From Moniliella sp. 'wahieum' (Eukaryota), in assembly GCA_003971905.1 (NCBI GenBank), contig RSEE01000035.1, forward strand, positions 310,001 through 374,000: DNA of 64,000 bases, given 5' to 3'. The notes beneath the pieces are model-generated. The model was not told where the DNA came from and did no database searches. It was given only the letters and a program-made list of their open reading frames with translations. Both the position numbers and the translations under genes were made by a program. Positions 12,338-25,840 of this stretch are shown here, piece by piece. How positions within the stretch are numbered: position 1 is the stretch's first letter; the number at the start of each line of letters is the position of its first letter.

Positions 12338-13140
12338 ATGGGCCAACTCGGATCCAAGGGGCCCAAGATTACACCCCAAGACCGCGCCATCCTCGAACTG
12401 AAGCTGCAGCGGGATCGGATCCAGCAATACCAGCGCAAGGTGTGTCCGCGCCTCCCTTGTGCCGTGTCTTCCCCGCCACTCAATACTCACATCCAATGGC
12501 CGTGGCCAGCTTGCCGTGATCTCGGCGCGGGAACAAGATCTCGCCAAGATCGCTCTGGGTCGCGGCGAACGGGAAAAGGCTCGGACAGCGCTGCGCAGGA
12601 GGAAGTACCATGATTCGCTCCTGGCCAAGACAGATGGCCAACTCGAGACATTGGAACAACTGGTGTGTACTGTTTTTTCTGTGTCTTTTCCCTGCCCCCT
12701 GCTTGTTCTGACGCCCCCCCCCCCCCCCCCCCCCACAGGTGTCCACCATTGAATTTGCCCAAATCCAAAGCGGTAGCCTACGGCCTGAACAGGGAAATGA
12801 CGTGCTCAAGGAGATCCATCGGGTGATGAATGTGGAGAGCGTGGAGAAGCTGATGGAGGACACGGCGGAAGCGCAAGCGGCCCCGGAAATCGACGAACTG
12901 CTCTCATCCCACATGACGGCAGAGGAGAGGATGCGGTTCTACATGAACTCGAGGAGATTGAACGAGAGCAACAAGAGTTTGTGATGGAGAACCCAGGCGA
13001 AGAAGATGCGGTGCCCATCACCATGCTACCTGCCCCGCCAACAACCGAGCCCGGCGTCCGATGCCGTTCGGGAATCCGCCCAGTCCCAGGCAGAGCCAGA
13101 ACCGGCACCTGCCCCGCTCCGTCAAGCTTTGCCCGCATAG
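12338..13140 (+). CDS. VPS20: ESCRT-III subunit Vps20/CHMP6 (Snf7 family)
   Basis: MGQLGSK myristoylation-type start; ITPQDRAILELKLQRDRIQQYQRK; LLAKTDGQLETLEQL|VSTIEFAQIQ; GNDVLKEIH..VESVEKLMEDTAEA. Two introns at about 12440-12508 and 12663-12738. Confidence 0.92.
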
Positions 13141-13759
13141 GCACCATCAGGACACGTGATTTCCATATGCTTTCTGAGTGTCGGTTGCCCCCTTCATCGA
13201 TCGTCCTTGTCCTGGCCACTTCATCGTACCTCTGTGCATACACTGAACTGATTATGGGATCAACATGGTATACTGGTGATACTTGCTTGCGCTCTAGGCT
13301 CAACTGGTCCGGTCGCGACAGGAACAGTTGGAAGAAGGCAGGTTGAATTGACATTCGCCCGCTCGTGACAGTGAATGTCGTGGCCAGCATCTCCTTCCTT
13401 TCTCGGGACTTTAGAGGGTTTCTTACTGACTGTTAGCCATTGGCAATCTATCTCACTATTACGGCCCGGAAAGACGCCTCCTGAGCGTTTCGCTAACTTG
13501 AGGCTTGCCTCTTTGTCTTTTGGGGGGGACACGACCAAAATTCAACTAATATGTACAAACCACTCAAGAGAAAAAACGCACACGGCAGTGTCAACTGTAC
13601 AAACGAAGGAAGGACAGAGGCGAGTGGGTTACAGCTGCATTATGCCAGCATGGTAATACTTTGGACATCACTGAAGCAATAACGAATGAGTCGGTAGGGT
13701 ATTGGAGTAGTAACTACTAACTAGTAAAGGTTGCACAATAAGAAAAAGGAAATGCGCAC

Positions 13760-16700
13760 AGGACAGGGGCGGATACGCTGGGCTGGTGGACTGGAGGAAT
13801 GTTTCAACAAGGGAGGGGTGAGCCCAGCTCAGGTTGAGCACATCATCGTGTGCCATCATCGTCGTGCAGAGGAACCGATGGCGGGTTGTTGGTGCTCTGC
13901 TTTAGCACATACGTGGGGCGAGCAGGATGGTGAGGATCCAGTCGCGCTGTACAGTCGGATCGTCCGTTGAAAAGTAGACGACTGCCATGCGGCCATCAGC
14001 TGGGTGAAATCGGGCTTGACGACGGACCGCAAAGTTAAATGACTGGGGGTACTTGACCACGTCCGGGCTCAAGTCATGACAGAGTTCAATATCCCACTCG
14101 TCCAATCCACCAATGAGTTCGTCTTTGCCCGACATGTTCTTGGAGTGCATGAGGGTGTTGTTGGCAAGCTCCAGCCAACGCTTGCTCCACTTGCCCCTCC
14201 TGTCCCGAATACACCAGGCCGGCCAGAGAAGGCGCCACCATCGGGACTGAAGGAGGGAGAGACTCGACGAAATCTCAGTACGTCGTAAGTAAAGGTAATC
14301 AGCTGCAGGATTATAGCGAGTGCGAAGCACTTCGCCCAACTCCTCGCTCTCGCGGAGCGGCCGTTCTGGTCATAGAGGCATTAGTAATTGGAGAAAGTGA
14401 ACGAGAGAAAAAAACGTACCTAGACCCAAGTCTGCACTCACGTCAAACAGACACCAGCCCCCTGGAGTATGGTCGTCCAACTCGGGATGCACCTTGGCTT
14501 TGGCCTCACATCAAGTACGAAGTCACGGGCAGTGAATTCGTCGGGGTTGATGTCCAGGATGAGGGGGCGTGACTTCGTTGCAATAAAGACCTTGACCGAG
14601 ACAACGCTCTGGGTGGTGCGTTGAGCACCTGTCGAGGGCGCATTGGAGAGCTCGTCGAACTACGTCCCATTGGCACAAGGCGAGCCGGCTTGGCCGACGC
14701 AGCCATGCGCGCAGCAGAGTGTCGAAGTGCCAGGCGGCATTTGGGGCCACATACCCATCCGTCCGCGACTTGGCCGGGCTCGCAAGTTGGACAATGGCAC
14801 GTTGTTCCGGAAGAATGACTGGCTTTCGCTCAAGCTCGTCCCGTCGCATAGCCTGCTTAGACAGGGACTTGCCTTGAGCCTGCGCATGCAGACAGGTTCC
14901 AGACGGCCAATCAAATCACTGGGTCAAACCCTTGGCCCAGCCTTGCTTGCCCCCCAACCACAGCCATGGGCCATGCCCCATCCGCTGCTGCGCGAAGTTG
15001 GGGAGCAGCCTCCTCCGTTGTCGGATGAATTCGAGGCTGGCGCGGCATGGAGCGTCGAAGTCGAGAGGAGATCCATGTGCAAACGGGCTTGCTGAGTCCG
15101 TGGGACTTGAATATAGTCCGGAATGACGATGGGAGGAGCACCCGCCCGACGGGCTTGGAGGAACTTGTGAAGCATGAGACGTAGAGGGAGACAGACCACG
15201 TGTGGAGGATAACACGGTCCGAGGGGGGCGTTTCGGTCAGGAGGGCTTGGAGGTCCATGCCGAGAAGCTGTCGAGAGAGTGGAAGGAGACTTGGATCGAC
15301 GAGCCGCATTCGTAGTGTCAGTCCCGCTGTGTTATCCCACGACGACTTGCAGAGGAGTCGGTTCCTTTGTCTCCCCTGCCATCTTCAAGCCGGCAACAGT
15401 TGCTGCTCCCTGTAAGTGCCCCAGGACCCATTGATGGCTTGGCAGGAGAGCGGGAATACATATCTTCTGCGGCGCGCGAGTCTGCCACGAAAAGATTGTG
15501 CTCGTCACCTCTCCCCTCATCATCCGACCTCGCTGGATGAGTTACCCTCCCGCATGGGCGCCACGGAGGGCGATACATCCGTCGGATCGGAGGAGGAACC
15601 GTACCTCTGCGGTGGGCAATTGAACTGCTACCAGTCGAAGCTCCTGCATCAGGATACCTGCGGTAGCGGCCGTGCTCTCCTCGGATGAGTCATCTTCCTC
15701 AGACTCTTCCGATTCAGAGTCGTATCCGAATCGTATCAGACTGAGACTCGGAATCGAGGACCGAGCCGTTCTCACTGCTTCTCTTGGATGAACCCATCTT
15801 CTCAGATGTTTCCTCCTCGCGGTCATCGTTCAAAAAGTTGGACGTGGGGTGAGCCATGTGACTTTGGGCGAGATCGGCAGCCACGAGTGGCTCTTCGGGA
15901 TCCGAATCCAAAAGGACGTCGTCCATGGGTTCTGCCGTACCAGGGGTGGTTGCAGCAGAGAATGCATCGGCAATGAGTTACCAGACGGAATGCCAAGATT
16001 GGAAGACAATGCCAATGGGGCGGGGAATGGTGTTGTCAGGGGCCTCCGAGTCCAATGTTCTTCATCCCGTTTGCGAGCCGCCGCCAGAGACTCCGTCACT
16101 GAAAGTCCACTGGGAGTGGCGCCGATGCGAGGAGTCAGTTCATCCGAACCTTTGGGTGTTTTGTGGGGCGACTCAATGTGCAACTGGACTGCACGAGTCT
16201 TCATTGTCAACGGCTCTTGGAGGGGAACAGGTTTGGGCATAACTTGCATTTCGGGCTCGCGAACCTGGGCTTGATCATTATCAGGTTTCACCCGATCGTG
16301 TAGTATTTGAGAATCATGACCCACGATTCCGAAAGAGGCCGGGACAGGTACCGACGCCGAGACGCCTTGTCCATTGTCCGACTCAGCCTCGTGCGTCTCG
16401 CCGGCATCGGAGTTCTGGTCATCAGAGCTTCCCTCCTCAGAGCTCTCTCCTTGGGAAGCCGCATCCTCCTCCTCTTCCTCAGAACTCTCGTCCTCGGAGC
16501 TCTCTTCCGACTCCGAGTCATATTCGGAATCGTATCGGAATCATCTTCAGACTCCGCGTCTTCCGACTCCGTTTCTGTTGAAGCAGCCTCTGCGTTGGCC
16601 ACATTCGCACCAAGAGGTGCGGTAGAATAGGCAGGTGTCTGCTCCCCCCAGACGAAAAGGGTAATACCTCTTGTCCTACTGGTTCGGCCGAACGTGCGGG

Positions 16701-19700
16701 AAATGTTTCCGTCCGAGAAAACGTATCTCCCTGCCCACCAGAAACGGCCTTTCCCTTAGCCAATAGCACGGGTTGCTGGATTTGGTCGGGCTCACGCGCC
16801 CGCTCAAACGATTCGCGGTGAATGTGATGGCCACGATCAGGAGTGTGCTGTCCGAGGACTACATTCTCCGTGGATTCGTCCTCGTCCTTGTCGGTCTCCG
16901 ACTGTTCCTCGCTCCCCTCTTCGTCTGAACTCTGCTCAGGTCCTTCATGAAGGCTTGGATCATCCTCTTCCCTGGAGAGTCGCTCGGACTTGGTCAGAGC
17001 TGTCCACATCCTCGGGAATGAGGCCCGCATGATTCGCGTTCGATGCCCCGATTTGTGCGTGAGGATCAGCTTCGTTCGCGTGCTGCACCACTTGGGCCTT
17101 TGCAACAGGCACAAGTGAGGCAAATGGATCCTCCCCTGGGGTTACTGTTGACATGGGGGACAAGTGAGTCGAAATTGGAAGGGAAGGCAGGATTTCGCGC
17201 GTTTTTCCATCAACAGAGGCAGGACGGCCGCCCCGGGTTTCCACTTCAGGTGAGACTTTGGTGCCGATGGAGGTTTGCTCAACCCCAGAGCGCAGAGGAG
17301 ACCCACCCGATCGTTTCTCTGTCTCTGATTCACTGTTCTTGCACCTCCTCCTCGTCGGTATCGTTACCTTCTCCATCAGCCTCCTCCTCTTCACTCTCGT
17401 CCTCTAGCTTGGGGTTGGATGCGGATGACGCATCGGACATCGTCTCCCTCGCAGCATAGCGCGCTTGAGGTACAGACGCTAGTTCCACAGCAGAGGCACC
17501 ACCCCTTCTAACAGTGGAGGAATGCGACACCGTCTGAGGCGTGGGGCCCACGGCGAGGAACCCTCGATTGGCCGAATTTTGAAGCGGGTGGGAACAGTCA
17601 ATTTGCCTGGATTGGAATCGGACTGTGACCCCGACGACGATTCTGATTCCGACTCCGACTCCGACTCCGATTCGGACTCCGATTCATCTGTTGAACCCTC
17701 GGGCGAAGCAAGATTGAGGAAAGGAGAGCGGCCGGTGTCGCTTGAGGACATTGGCCTGCGTACATTAGTCGTGATCGAAGGCGACGGCTGCTGCACACTC
17801 GTCGCCAACACACGGGATTCGATGGTCCCTTGCTGCCTCGACTCATCTGGAAAATGTTCATCCATGAGACGGCTCTCCGGTGCAGCCGTGGGTAGAGACC
17901 TGCCATCAGAGTCGGGGCGAATTTCGAACCGTCACCAGATACAATAGAAGAATGAGCGGGCAATCTTAAGACGGAAGAAGACGCGCTGTTTTTTCCCATT
18001 AGGTCCAAAGGCGTAGACTCTTGATTCAAGCACGGGTTCTGGTTTGGCCCCAAACCGCCTTGTACCATAGACACCTCAGAGGTATTGGATGACCCACTTG
18101 TTGATTCTGCAACGGCTGTGGTAACAATGTCAGAAAAGCAACAGTGGAAAAGGATAGACGTACTTTGCATCAACTCGGTCTCCGGCGCATCGTCCATCAT
18201 TTCTCCCATATACACTTGCCCGTGTTCAGGGCCCATCTTGCGCATCAAATCCCTAGTAGATTGCATGGCTTGAAGTGCTGCCGCCGCCTCATCCGCGGAC
18301 AAGCCCGGGGGAAGGAACAGCGCCAAGTCCATGTCGGAGTCGTCATCATCCATATTGGGCTCTAGGTCTTGGCCAAAGTTCACGGGGGGGTCCGAATTGA
18401 GATCAGAGCCATCCTCGCTGGCCGAAGCGGCATCATCCAATGGGACGTTACCGGGGGCGGGGATAGACACCAATGATCGGGTCGGGATATCCGCAGGAGC
18501 AAGGCCAGGCATCTCCCACTTTTCGTGTCCGTCATCGGTCAGTTCCTCCTCCTGCTCCTGAGTAGAGACGGCATCATGAATGTTCTCGCCCCGTTTGGCA
18601 GAGTCAGCTGACTCCGAGACGGCTTGGGATTCGGGGGGGCTAGCCCATCCCTCTGAAGTGGTAGATGAATGGGTACCAACACTCGCCCCGCCTTAGAACC
18701 ATCAGCTGGGACCGGTTGTGGAGGGATTACAAAGGTGCTGCTCCAGCGTGGGTGCAGAGGGTGTAGTGCTGCCTCTTCCACCACCTCAGAGGAATGATGT
18801 TCTTCACGTGCTGGTGCGGGACGTCGTGCATCTAACGACCGGGGTGCAGTGTGGGGATCCGGCCCGGGAGAGTGGTTGCGCGATGCAGCCTGCTCAGGCA
18901 CAAGCGGGTGAGGGGGAGAAGAAACGGTCGCAACAGCCCTGGGGGTTGCAGTGTGAGGGGAAAGAGACCCCCTGGAATCGTCGTGAGGTGGAATGCGTAG
19001 CGGAGGGGTAGCAAGATGGCGGGAAGAACGTTTTCATTCTCAGATTCATCCTCAGATTCATCCTCAGATTCATCTTCCGATTCATCTTCCGATTCATCCT
19101 CCGATTCACCCTCGGATTCATCCTCAGATGATGTGGACTCCGCGCTCTCGCTTACACTTACCTCACTTTCCTCCTCGCTGCCCTCCTCCGACTCTGATTC
19201 GGTCTCGGTCTCTGTGCTGGCCTCCGACTCGGATTCGGGGAAAAATGTAGTAGCTGTTGGAGTCTTGACCTCTGCCCTCGCGGCCTCGGCTCCTGCAGCC
19301 TCGGTTCCGGTGACTTCTGCTCTTGCGGCCTCGGCTGCAGTGGCCCCTTCTTCGGCGGCACTGGCTTCAGTGACCTCTTCTCCGGCGGCCTCGGCTGCAG
19401 TGACATCTGCTCTTCCGTCCTCTGGCCTCGGCATGTGGAGCCAAGCTTCAGCAGCGGCAACGCCAGCTAGACGAGGGGACCAAACACTGTCCATGTTCGG
19501 CAGGGAGGAGAGTGTACTCGTGGGGTGCTCGTGTCATCCGGTGCAACCGTATCCCGGTTTTCGTTTGGGTCAACAACGGAGCCCGAGTCTCCGCCCAAGA
19601 GAGGGGTGGCCCAACCTTCTGTGCCTCCATCGCTGCTCCACTCTGATGCTGGAGCAGAGGGAGGCGCAAGAAACTCCTTTTCTGTTCGAACCGAGCGGTG

Positions 19701-21876
19701 GCTGTAAGTATGAGATGGTTCAGGTGACGGTTCTGGTTCTAATGCTGCCACCTCAACGGTTGGTGGTGCATAGGCCGTACCCCTCCGCCCCAAAGTAGTG
19801 GGGAGGCCACCTGGAATGAAGCGCGACTCGAGCGTTGCGTCCGAGTGGGCAACAGAGGCTGTGTCGACCACGTCGATCTTAGCCGCTTGGGGGAGGAAAG
19901 CTCGGGCAAAAGAACCTGGGAACGGATTTGCAATGGTAGACGAGTCACTTTCATTTCCTTCATCGTCTTGAACCGAAAAGACGTGGGTAGGTGGGAGCAT
20001 GTCGTCCTCATCCTGAGTTAAAAATACGTGGGTGGGGGGGAGCATGTCATCCAGGGCAGCCGAAATGGGTGCAGATGGCAGATGGCTTGGCTGCTGAATG
20101 GGTGCGGTCCGGTGAGCAGGAATTTCTCGGTCCATTGAGTGAGGCGTTGCATTCGCTTCAGAGGGAATGGAAGGCATGTGCGTCGTCGAACCGTTTGATG
20201 AAGCGGAGCCTCTGGGCTGGGCGGAGGGGACTGAGGCAACATCTGGTGAGTCTGACTCCTCAGGAGACGAAGGTGGGGACATTAACGCAGAGAGAGAGAT
20301 TGGCTCCTTCGGTGATAAGTTGTGAGGAAAGCGGATGGTAGGGGAGGGAGGAAGCGGCACACCATGTTTGGGAGTTCGCGCCTCGCGATCCGAGGATGGC
20401 TCGGGAGAAGCCAGCTCTTCCTTCTCCTCGTATTCAGGGGGCGAACTGCGCTTACCCCTCCATGCAGAATCACCACCTGTTTGCTCCTTGCCCTTCTCGA
20501 TCTGGCGTCCTCGGTTCCGACCACGGCCCCTGGTGAGCTTGCGGACATCGCTAGGTAATTCATCATCCCAAACATTATCGGATGAGATGAAGGTGTGCGA
20601 GGGGCGATGAGACTGCAGCGGCCGGTTGGCGTTGGAAGTGGCCCACTCACTGGAGCGTTCTTCTTCTTTTTCCGCAGGTGGGTAACGTGGGACTTCGCCA
20701 GAACGGCGGGGCGGACGAGAAAGGTCTCCCGAGGATCGGTGACGCAAACGCGCCCCCAGGTCGGTTGATGTACGCAAGGACTGTGGTCGCAAGTCCATTG
20801 AAGGACGAACAGCGCGCAAGCCCAGGTCGGAAGAAAGGCGGGGTAGGCGCGCCTTGGGGTCGGCCAAGGGTTGGGCCGAGCGCATTGGCCACGAGCCGTA
20901 GTCAGCAGAAGGACGGACTGTTCGGCTTCCCAGATCGGTCGAGGGTCGAACAGACCGAGTGCCCAGATCAGCCGAGGGACGAACTGTGCGCCGACCTACA
21001 TCCGAGGAGAGACGCGGTGGACGCAAGTACGGACCAGGCGAGTCGCGGGGAGCGGTGGCCCATATCGGCCGAAGGCCGCACAGATCGATACCCCAAATCA
21101 GCGGAGGGCCGAACTGAACGGGGACCCATATCAGCGGATGGGCGAACAGAGCGGGAGCCCATATCAGCCGAAGGCCGTACTGACCGGCGCCCCAAATCGG
21201 CAGATGGGCGAACAGAGCGGGAGCCCATATCAGCCGAAGGCCGTACTGACCGGCGACCCAAGTCAGCGGAAGGCCGAACTGAGCGGATGCCCCGGTCAGT
21301 GGGGTGGGCACTCCAATCTGGTATCGTGATCAAGTCAGCGATGGCCCTGTATACACCCTTGAAAAGGAAACATCGTACCTAATTCGTGTGCTAGCCCTGG
21401 TGAGCGGGGAACTTCGACCGACTTGCGTGGAGCAGGGAAACGCGAGGTCGGAGCGGAAGGGTGGGGGGCGGGGCCGGGAGAGCGCGGATGAGCGGCATAA
21501 TCCAGGGTGAGGCGGGCTGACGCGGGCTCGGTGGAGGGTGCGGGTGCGGGTGCAACTGAGGAAGGGGAGGGATCTCTGGGCTGGTAGTAGGACGGAGGCG
21601 GCGGGAAAGACGGTTGAGCAAGCCGGAGCGGGGCGACGTGGTGGGCAGGGGCGGTGGCGGCGAGAGGTGTGGTGCGGTTTGGGACGCGGGCGGCGTGAGG
21701 GGGGGCAGGGCGCGCGGGGGCGAGGATGGATGGATGCGGCTGGGGCCAGGTGGCTCGTAGGCGGGGTGGGCGGGCGCATAGGAGCTGTCGAGGATGGCCC
21801 GGCGAGACGGCCTCGGCGGCTGCGGTTGCGCGGCGGGCGGCGGCTGCGCGGACGGGTGGAAGGGCGGGAAGAGCAT
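13760..21876 (-). CDS. Very large disordered protein with C-terminal Ras-association-like + PH domain tandem
   Basis: About 8 kb of continuous Ser/Pro/acidic coding frames on the minus strand. RA-like VSVKVFI...GWCLFDV...ERPLRESE.VGEVL...YLYLRR at about 14250-14620. PH-like RRGKWSKRWLEL..NTLMHSK...FNFAVRR...VYFSTDDP..QRDWILTILLA at about 13900-14220. Ends are approximate, and the region could be more than one gene. Confidence 0.65.
19038..19130 (-). repeat. 12-bp coding tandem repeat encoding (EDES)n
   Basis: tcagattcatcc/ccgattcatctt units on the + strand give SEDESEDESEDE on the minus strand. Confidence 0.85.
20740..21295 (-). repeat. 33-bp (11-aa) coding tandem repeat RSVRPSAD[L/M]Gx
   Basis: Seven near-perfect units at about 21060-21290 (RSVRPSADLGR/RSVRPSADMGS...), plus several degenerate units further along the gene (RTVRPSADLGT, RAVRPSMDL, SLRTSTDLG). 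Confidence 0.9.
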
Positions 21877-24215
21877 CGTCCTAGACGGGGTGGCGGTGGT
21901 GGGGCCGGTGGGGGCCAGTGGGAGCCAGTGGGGGCCGTCGGGGCAGCGGGGCAGCGGGGCGGGTGGGGCGGGGCGGGCGGGGCAGGCGGCGGAAAAGCGA
22001 GGCGCAAAAGTTCAAGTTGAGCAGGCGCCGTCACGTGCGCGGCGCGCCCCGGCGCATCGATCGACCATTCCGCCTGGATGCGGGGCAGCGCGCAGGAAAA
22101 GGCGGGGCAGCAGCCGTGCTGGCCAGCAGCCGCGCCTCCCGCACGGCGCCAGCCTTGCGCCGTCCATCCCCGCTCTGTGCTTCCTGCGGCAGCCCTAGCA
22201 GGCCGCAGGCTGAGGGTTACACGTTACGCCTTACGCGTTACGGCTGCCCGCCGTCTAACCATGACGCTGACGTCTGACGCCCTGGAAGAAGCCCTTGTCA
22301 ATCTGGCCGTGTGGCCAGACAATCAGACGTGTTTGTTTAGCTGCTATATAAAAAGCTGTCCGTGGATTGAGCAACCGGGCGGTCCGCGGGGTGTCAGAGT
22401 CGGGAGATCGTCCCGTGGTGGACGCGGACTGCGTGAGACTGGCACTCAGTATTCAGTTGCTCACCTGCTGTGAAGACGAGGTGTATACAACAGGGTGTAT
22501 AACATGTGTACAAACCCAAGTTTTTCTCGTTTCTCGCGGCTTCGCTCGGCTGTGCATCTCCTGCCTTTGCGGCATGGCTGCAGCCGTGATGAACGCTCCT
22601 GGTGTCACGTTTTGTCACGGCTGGGACGTAAGAGAGATCTGGTATCATACGATGGGCGCAATGTGCGGACGACCATCAACGTCTCAAATGTCGAGGCGCT
22701 GAGGCGCTCACAAGCGCGCAGCGCTCACAGGATACTCAGTACTCAGGAGACGAGGCCTCTCTTTCTCTTCAAGTGGCAGTAGTGACTAGTGACTAGAATG
22801 ACTACTGACTTCTCCGTAATGTGATTGTCAGGCATTTTCTCCTTTATATCCATGCCCCTCTCCACCCCGAACGTCCAACATCAACACGATCATCTCGTAT
22901 TTTGACTGCCACAGCACCCCGCCGCGTTTCCTGTCAGCTGTATCAGCAATAGTCACCGACGTCGTGCGATATTGTCAAGAAAAATGTCTGGCAAACACAC
23001 TGCTAAGCCACGCCTCTCGATCTCATGCCTAACATACGCCCACAATCATCAATTGCTCGGGGACTGCTGTCTGCTGCTGTCCGCACATCTCTGTTATGTT
23101 GGTCTTTGTTTTTTACTCTGTTACAACCTCAGGTTGTGCGTGTTACATGTTACAGCTTTCGAGATGCACTAAACACAACCGTCGACGGCTATATATTTTG
23201 TGCTATTTGTGCTATATGTGAAGTGCATGTGAAGTCTGAAGCTTCCAGCTTGGAGTGTTATATCTTTTGAGACGCGTGCTGGCCTAGGGATAGCAAGCCG
23301 TTGGAGTGTCTCCGTTCAACGTTCACGCGTCACGACATGACCGCGATGACCCTCGTAAAGCGTCCGTGTTATGCAGTGCTCTACCCTGCTTTGCCCCCCA
23401 CACTGCGTTGCCAGGCCTTAGTGAATGTGTGTGGATCTCTGCTCAAATTCCTAATTAGTAGAGCACAGCCTCTGTATATATGAGTGCCAGCTGGATGAGC
23501 CTCGTAGGACTTGGGTCATTGGCTCGTATATGCCCGGCCAGCGCATATGAAAGGGGCAAGAGGAGCGGGGCCGCGCAATCGCCAATTTCCACGAGCGGTT
23601 TGGAGGGAAAGACAAGGTAGGGTCAGGTAGGGCGCATTCTGGTGCGAATTGCAACAGGGTCTGTGGTGGGTATGTTGTCGCCGTGACAGAGGGGAAGCTG
23701 TTGCAAATACACCGTGCAACTTGCGCGCGCACACCGGCCCCCTGCCCGCCGTCCCAAATTGATGGGCGGGGACAAAGCGAGACGGATTGCAAATTCACCC
23801 AAGCACTGGCCGAGGCCTCTGGCTACACTTCCCCGCCACCCTGCCCCCGACGCTCGGCAGCGGCCGGCACGTACCACCGCCAATCCAGGCCCAGGCCAGG
23901 CCGCACCCTCGCCCCCGCCAGCGCCACCGCCTGACCCCATCGACTCATCGCTCGTCCCGTGTCTATTTTCCATCACGGCTCCGCGTCGTGTCATGCGAGA
24001 CTCACAGGCCCACAATAAAGATATCCAGACCGGCCCGGTCAGCGGCAGGCTACAGCAGGTACTAACACAGACACAGACACCCGAGCCGCTGGATTGGGCA
24101 GTGCGCAGCCTCCTTTTCATACAGTCGACGCCCATTTAAGCCTTCGCCACACACGCACAACCTCCCCTCGTGCACTCCCTCCCCCCCTCCCCCCTTCTTC
24201 GCGTCCACACCCTAC

Positions 24216-25840
24216 ATGGCGATGCATCCCCACATTTATGCCTCGGGACCCTACCCGCCTCTACCAGCAGCGGACAAGTACGCCCCGTCACCCACCTCGG
24301 ACCCGACCCATTCTCCCTCAGCCGATGGCCTTCTTCTGCGCCCGGGGTTGAGCCGCCTTCTGCGCACCATCCCGCGATGGAACGGCCAGCAAACTGGTGG
24401 GAGACCCCAATAACCCTTCTTTCCCCCATCCCGGAGGTCGAGCGGGACGAGCGCCAAATGAGTATGGTGCGGTTTATGGTGACGATCCCCTCTCTCAGCA
24501 ACAACAGCAACGCTTCCACCCGTACAGGCGCAGCCATGAAAGTCGTCTCGCTGGCCCACGCCCCGCACCTCCAACCCATCGAATTAGTGAAGGTGCACAG
24601 AGCGAGCGCAGCAAGGCGGATGCATTCCAGTCTGAGAATGGTTCCTTCTCTCTGCCTCCACTGGAGAGACCTAGACGCTCAACCCTGTCTTCGGTCGTTC
24701 CAAGAATCTCGTCCGATTGGCCAGCCAACCATGTTCCCCGCAACGATTCTTCTCCTACCGTCCCCCTTGGCCTGCCCATTCCGTTGGATCGACTGGTCCA
24801 TCTCCCCCGCCTAATATGGTTTCGGTTCCTGCCGAGTCAGCACCGCCTCGACCTGAGGAACAGAGTCCCACGACGTTTATCCGGGTTCTTCAAACTTGGA
24901 TCCAAGTGGCTCTGCCGTCTTTGACGAATTCCCGGGCCCGGGCCAGACCCGTATTCGCCCTCCCGAGGGAGCATCATTCTCTCGCGACAAGCTTCTGCCA
25001 GTCAAGGCATGGTTACCTTTGCGCTGGAGTATACCGAGCGGCCTCGCCTCCCCCTTGCTCAGCTTCAGCTGGACTTGCCCCGGTCCAAGCCGATGGACCA
25101 TCACACGGTGAGCTTGCCCATCGTTCACGCTTTGCTCTCCCCGACATTCTTTTCTTGCAGAGGGGGACAAAACGGTGGCAGTGCTGCATCAGCGCAGCAC
25201 GCTCGGTACTTCGTGGTCCCAGGAAAAGGCCCCGGTCAGACCGTGGCATGCATCAAGTATCAGGTCGCATTTGGATTACGGGCTGGCACTTGTGCGCCAT
25301 TGTCCGGGTGCGGATGGAATGCTTTGGACGCCGAATTAACATGAACAAGTTCCTCGAGGAATTTATTCGGACTTGGTACGTATAATACCCCCTTTAACTC
25401 TCCTGCGCAATAGGCATCTCGTGCGCACTGTGTCGAACACGCGAGCTAACCTTCTCTTTCTCCCTCGTGTGCAGCGCGCACTACGGTCAAACGGTGGGTC
25501 GGGCGAAGCGCCACGCAGCCCTTTTCTCAGTGTCCTTTCAGCCTACAGTGCGGTCAACACGCGAAAGCAGAGGGTGTACAATTGGTCGCATGTCAACCAC
25601 GACCGCCTGTTTGTCGCTCAACTTGATCGGGAAATGGACCGGGAAATGAGGGGTGTCGGACCGTATCCGTCGCGTCGCCGAGCCGGCCCTCAGCTTTCCT
25701 CCGCGCAAGCCGACCGACCGTTCGTTGTTGGAGCAAGTTGGACTGGTACCCACCCCACTCGGACCTGTCTCTCTTCCCCTCGACCTCACCCAGAAGCAAC
25801 TGGAGGCTCTAGTCCTCTGCGTCAGCCCGGCACGATGTAA
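24216..25840 (+). CDS. Divergent STE-domain (Ste12-like) transcription factor
   Basis: The spliced translation gives RYFVVPG..TVACIKY..WITGWHLCAIVRVRMECFGRRI.NMNKFLEE.YSDL|RALRSN..EAPRSPFLSVL..VNTRKQRVYNWSHVNHDRLFVAQLDREMDRE..VAEPALSF..SLLEQV. This matches the STE consensus as recalled (FGR..N.KKFEEG.FSDLRNLK..EPKSPFL..KKQKVFYW..VPHDRLF..LERD..EPALSF). GT-AG introns at 25108-25160 and 25376-25474. The 3' end is uncertain (25840-26087). Confidence 0.8.
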
